From NCBI RefSeq assembly GCF_000022265.1, contig NC_011979.1, forward strand, positions 1,020,001 through 1,052,000: a DNA stretch of 32,000 nt. Reading direction: 5' to 3'. Below are positions 31,442 through 32,000 of the stretch, piece after piece. Under the pieces are notes generated by a model, which worked only from the letters and a program-made list of their open reading frames with translations, was not told where the DNA came from and did no database searches. The DNA is from Geotalea daltonii FRC-32. Its GTDB lineage: Bacteria > Desulfobacterota > Desulfuromonadia > Geobacterales > Geobacteraceae. Position 1 is the stretch's first letter. Each line of letters opens with the position of its first letter. The position numbers were made by a program, and so were the translations under genes.

Positions 31442-32000
31442 TCATTCTATGAAACTCGAGCCTTTCCATTTGCCATAGAATACCACTTCCTCCAGCGGTT
31501 TTCTCTTCGGTACCTCCGTAATGGTGTCATGTGGATGACCTATGGGGATCAGTCCGACAATACGGATATTCTCCGGAATGTAGAGCAGTTCATGAAGCTT
31601 CCGTGCATAGAAAAGACCGACGAAAACACTGCCCAGGCCCAGTGAATGGGCGGCAAGCATGATGTTCTGGGCGGCAATGCCGGCGTCGGTCATATAATAG
31701 GGCTGCCCCCCCATCTCCCCCGATTGGGCCGGGTCGGCACAGAGAACGATGACCACCGGCGCCTCGGCAACGGCAGCCTGGGCAGGGTTGGTCTGGTAAC
31801 CCCTGGGGGCGAAAAATGCCGCCACGAACGATAATTCGCTCAATTTTTTTCTGGTAGCAGCATCGGTGACGACGACGAATCGCCAGCACTGCATGTTGGC
31901 CCATGACGGCGCCATCCTTGCGGCATCGAGCACCGCGTGCAGCATGCCCGGTTCGACCGGCTTATGGGAAAACCTCCGGATACTGCGGCGGGTTTTTATG
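31442..32000 (-). CDS. Nitroreductase family protein; the 5' end runs off the right edge of the window
   Basis: The track ORF begins at Met 31945, but the frame stays open to 32000. It reads [44 protein letters not shown].., the canonical nitroreductase N-terminus, so the true start lies beyond the window. Confidence 0.8.
   Translation of the reverse strand, partial: IKTRRSIRRFSHKPVEPGMLHAVLDAARMAPSWANMQCWRFVVVTDAATRKKLSELSFVAAFFAPRGYQTNPAQAAVAEAPVVIVLCADPAQSGEMGGQPYYMTDAGIAAQNIMLAAHSLGLGSVFVGLFYARKLHELLYIPENIRIVGLIPIGHPHDTITEVPKRKPLEEVVFYGKWKGSSFIE

Noticed and set aside
1-32000. CRISPR arrays, tRNA/rRNA genes, IS elements, integrases, prophage or toxin-antitoxin modules.
   Set aside because: I saw no short direct-repeat/spacer periodicity, no tRNA-like cloverleaf candidates in the intergenic regions I read, and no ORF with transposase, integrase or phage signatures. 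The only tandem repeat is the coding Sel1 array.

Overview
GC-rich bacterial chromosomal segment (about 55-60% GC by eye) with roughly 33 protein-coding genes. I found no rRNA, tRNA, CRISPR array, transposase or integrase. The gene content (def-fmt-DUF116 block, GGDEF/PilZ/CheR signalling, hemerythrin, NikMN-type metal permease, Sel1 protein, RND pump) resembles Geobacter-type Desulfuromonadota; this is inference only.

Layout:
- 1-8864, minus strand: cheR (partial), PilZ, BON protein, small membrane protein, aminotransferase, a VOC/WbuC-cupin/SH3-like operon, a 2-hydroxyacid dehydrogenase, and two exported hydrolases.
- 9145-15298, plus strand: thiolase-like/OB fusion, HTH-Zn-ribbon protein, diguanylate cyclase, PQQ sugar dehydrogenase, and a DUF1858/FrdX-like/hemerythrin operon.
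- 15390-16436, minus strand: solitary CbiM/NikM-PDGLE permease with a structured leader.
- 16802-17986, plus strand: Sel1-repeat protein.
- 18032-24296, minus strand: tetR-MFP-RND operon.
- 24546-31422, plus strand: def, fmt, DUF116, CE4 deacetylase-like, DUF3147, NlpC/P60, EEP, PLD.
- 31442-32000, minus strand: nitroreductase (partial).

Most unusual observations:
1. A single 1489-codon ORF fuses an AcrB-type RND permease in frame to a complete TolC-type outer-membrane factor, joined by a linker that looks like an internal cleavable signal peptide.
2. A three-gene operon looks like a split RIC/ScdA-type nitrosative-stress module, behind a CRP/FNR-type site at class II distance.
3. A thiolase-fold protein appears to lack both catalytic cysteines. 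It is fused to a DUF35-like OB domain and translationally coupled to an HTH-Zn-ribbon protein.
4. Nested GTTTCC/GGAAAC palindromes sit in the leader of the orphan Ni/Co permease.
5. A PilZ gene is translationally coupled to cheR.

All start-codon refinements, motif coordinates and family calls come from reading the sequence and recalling family signatures. No database search was run.
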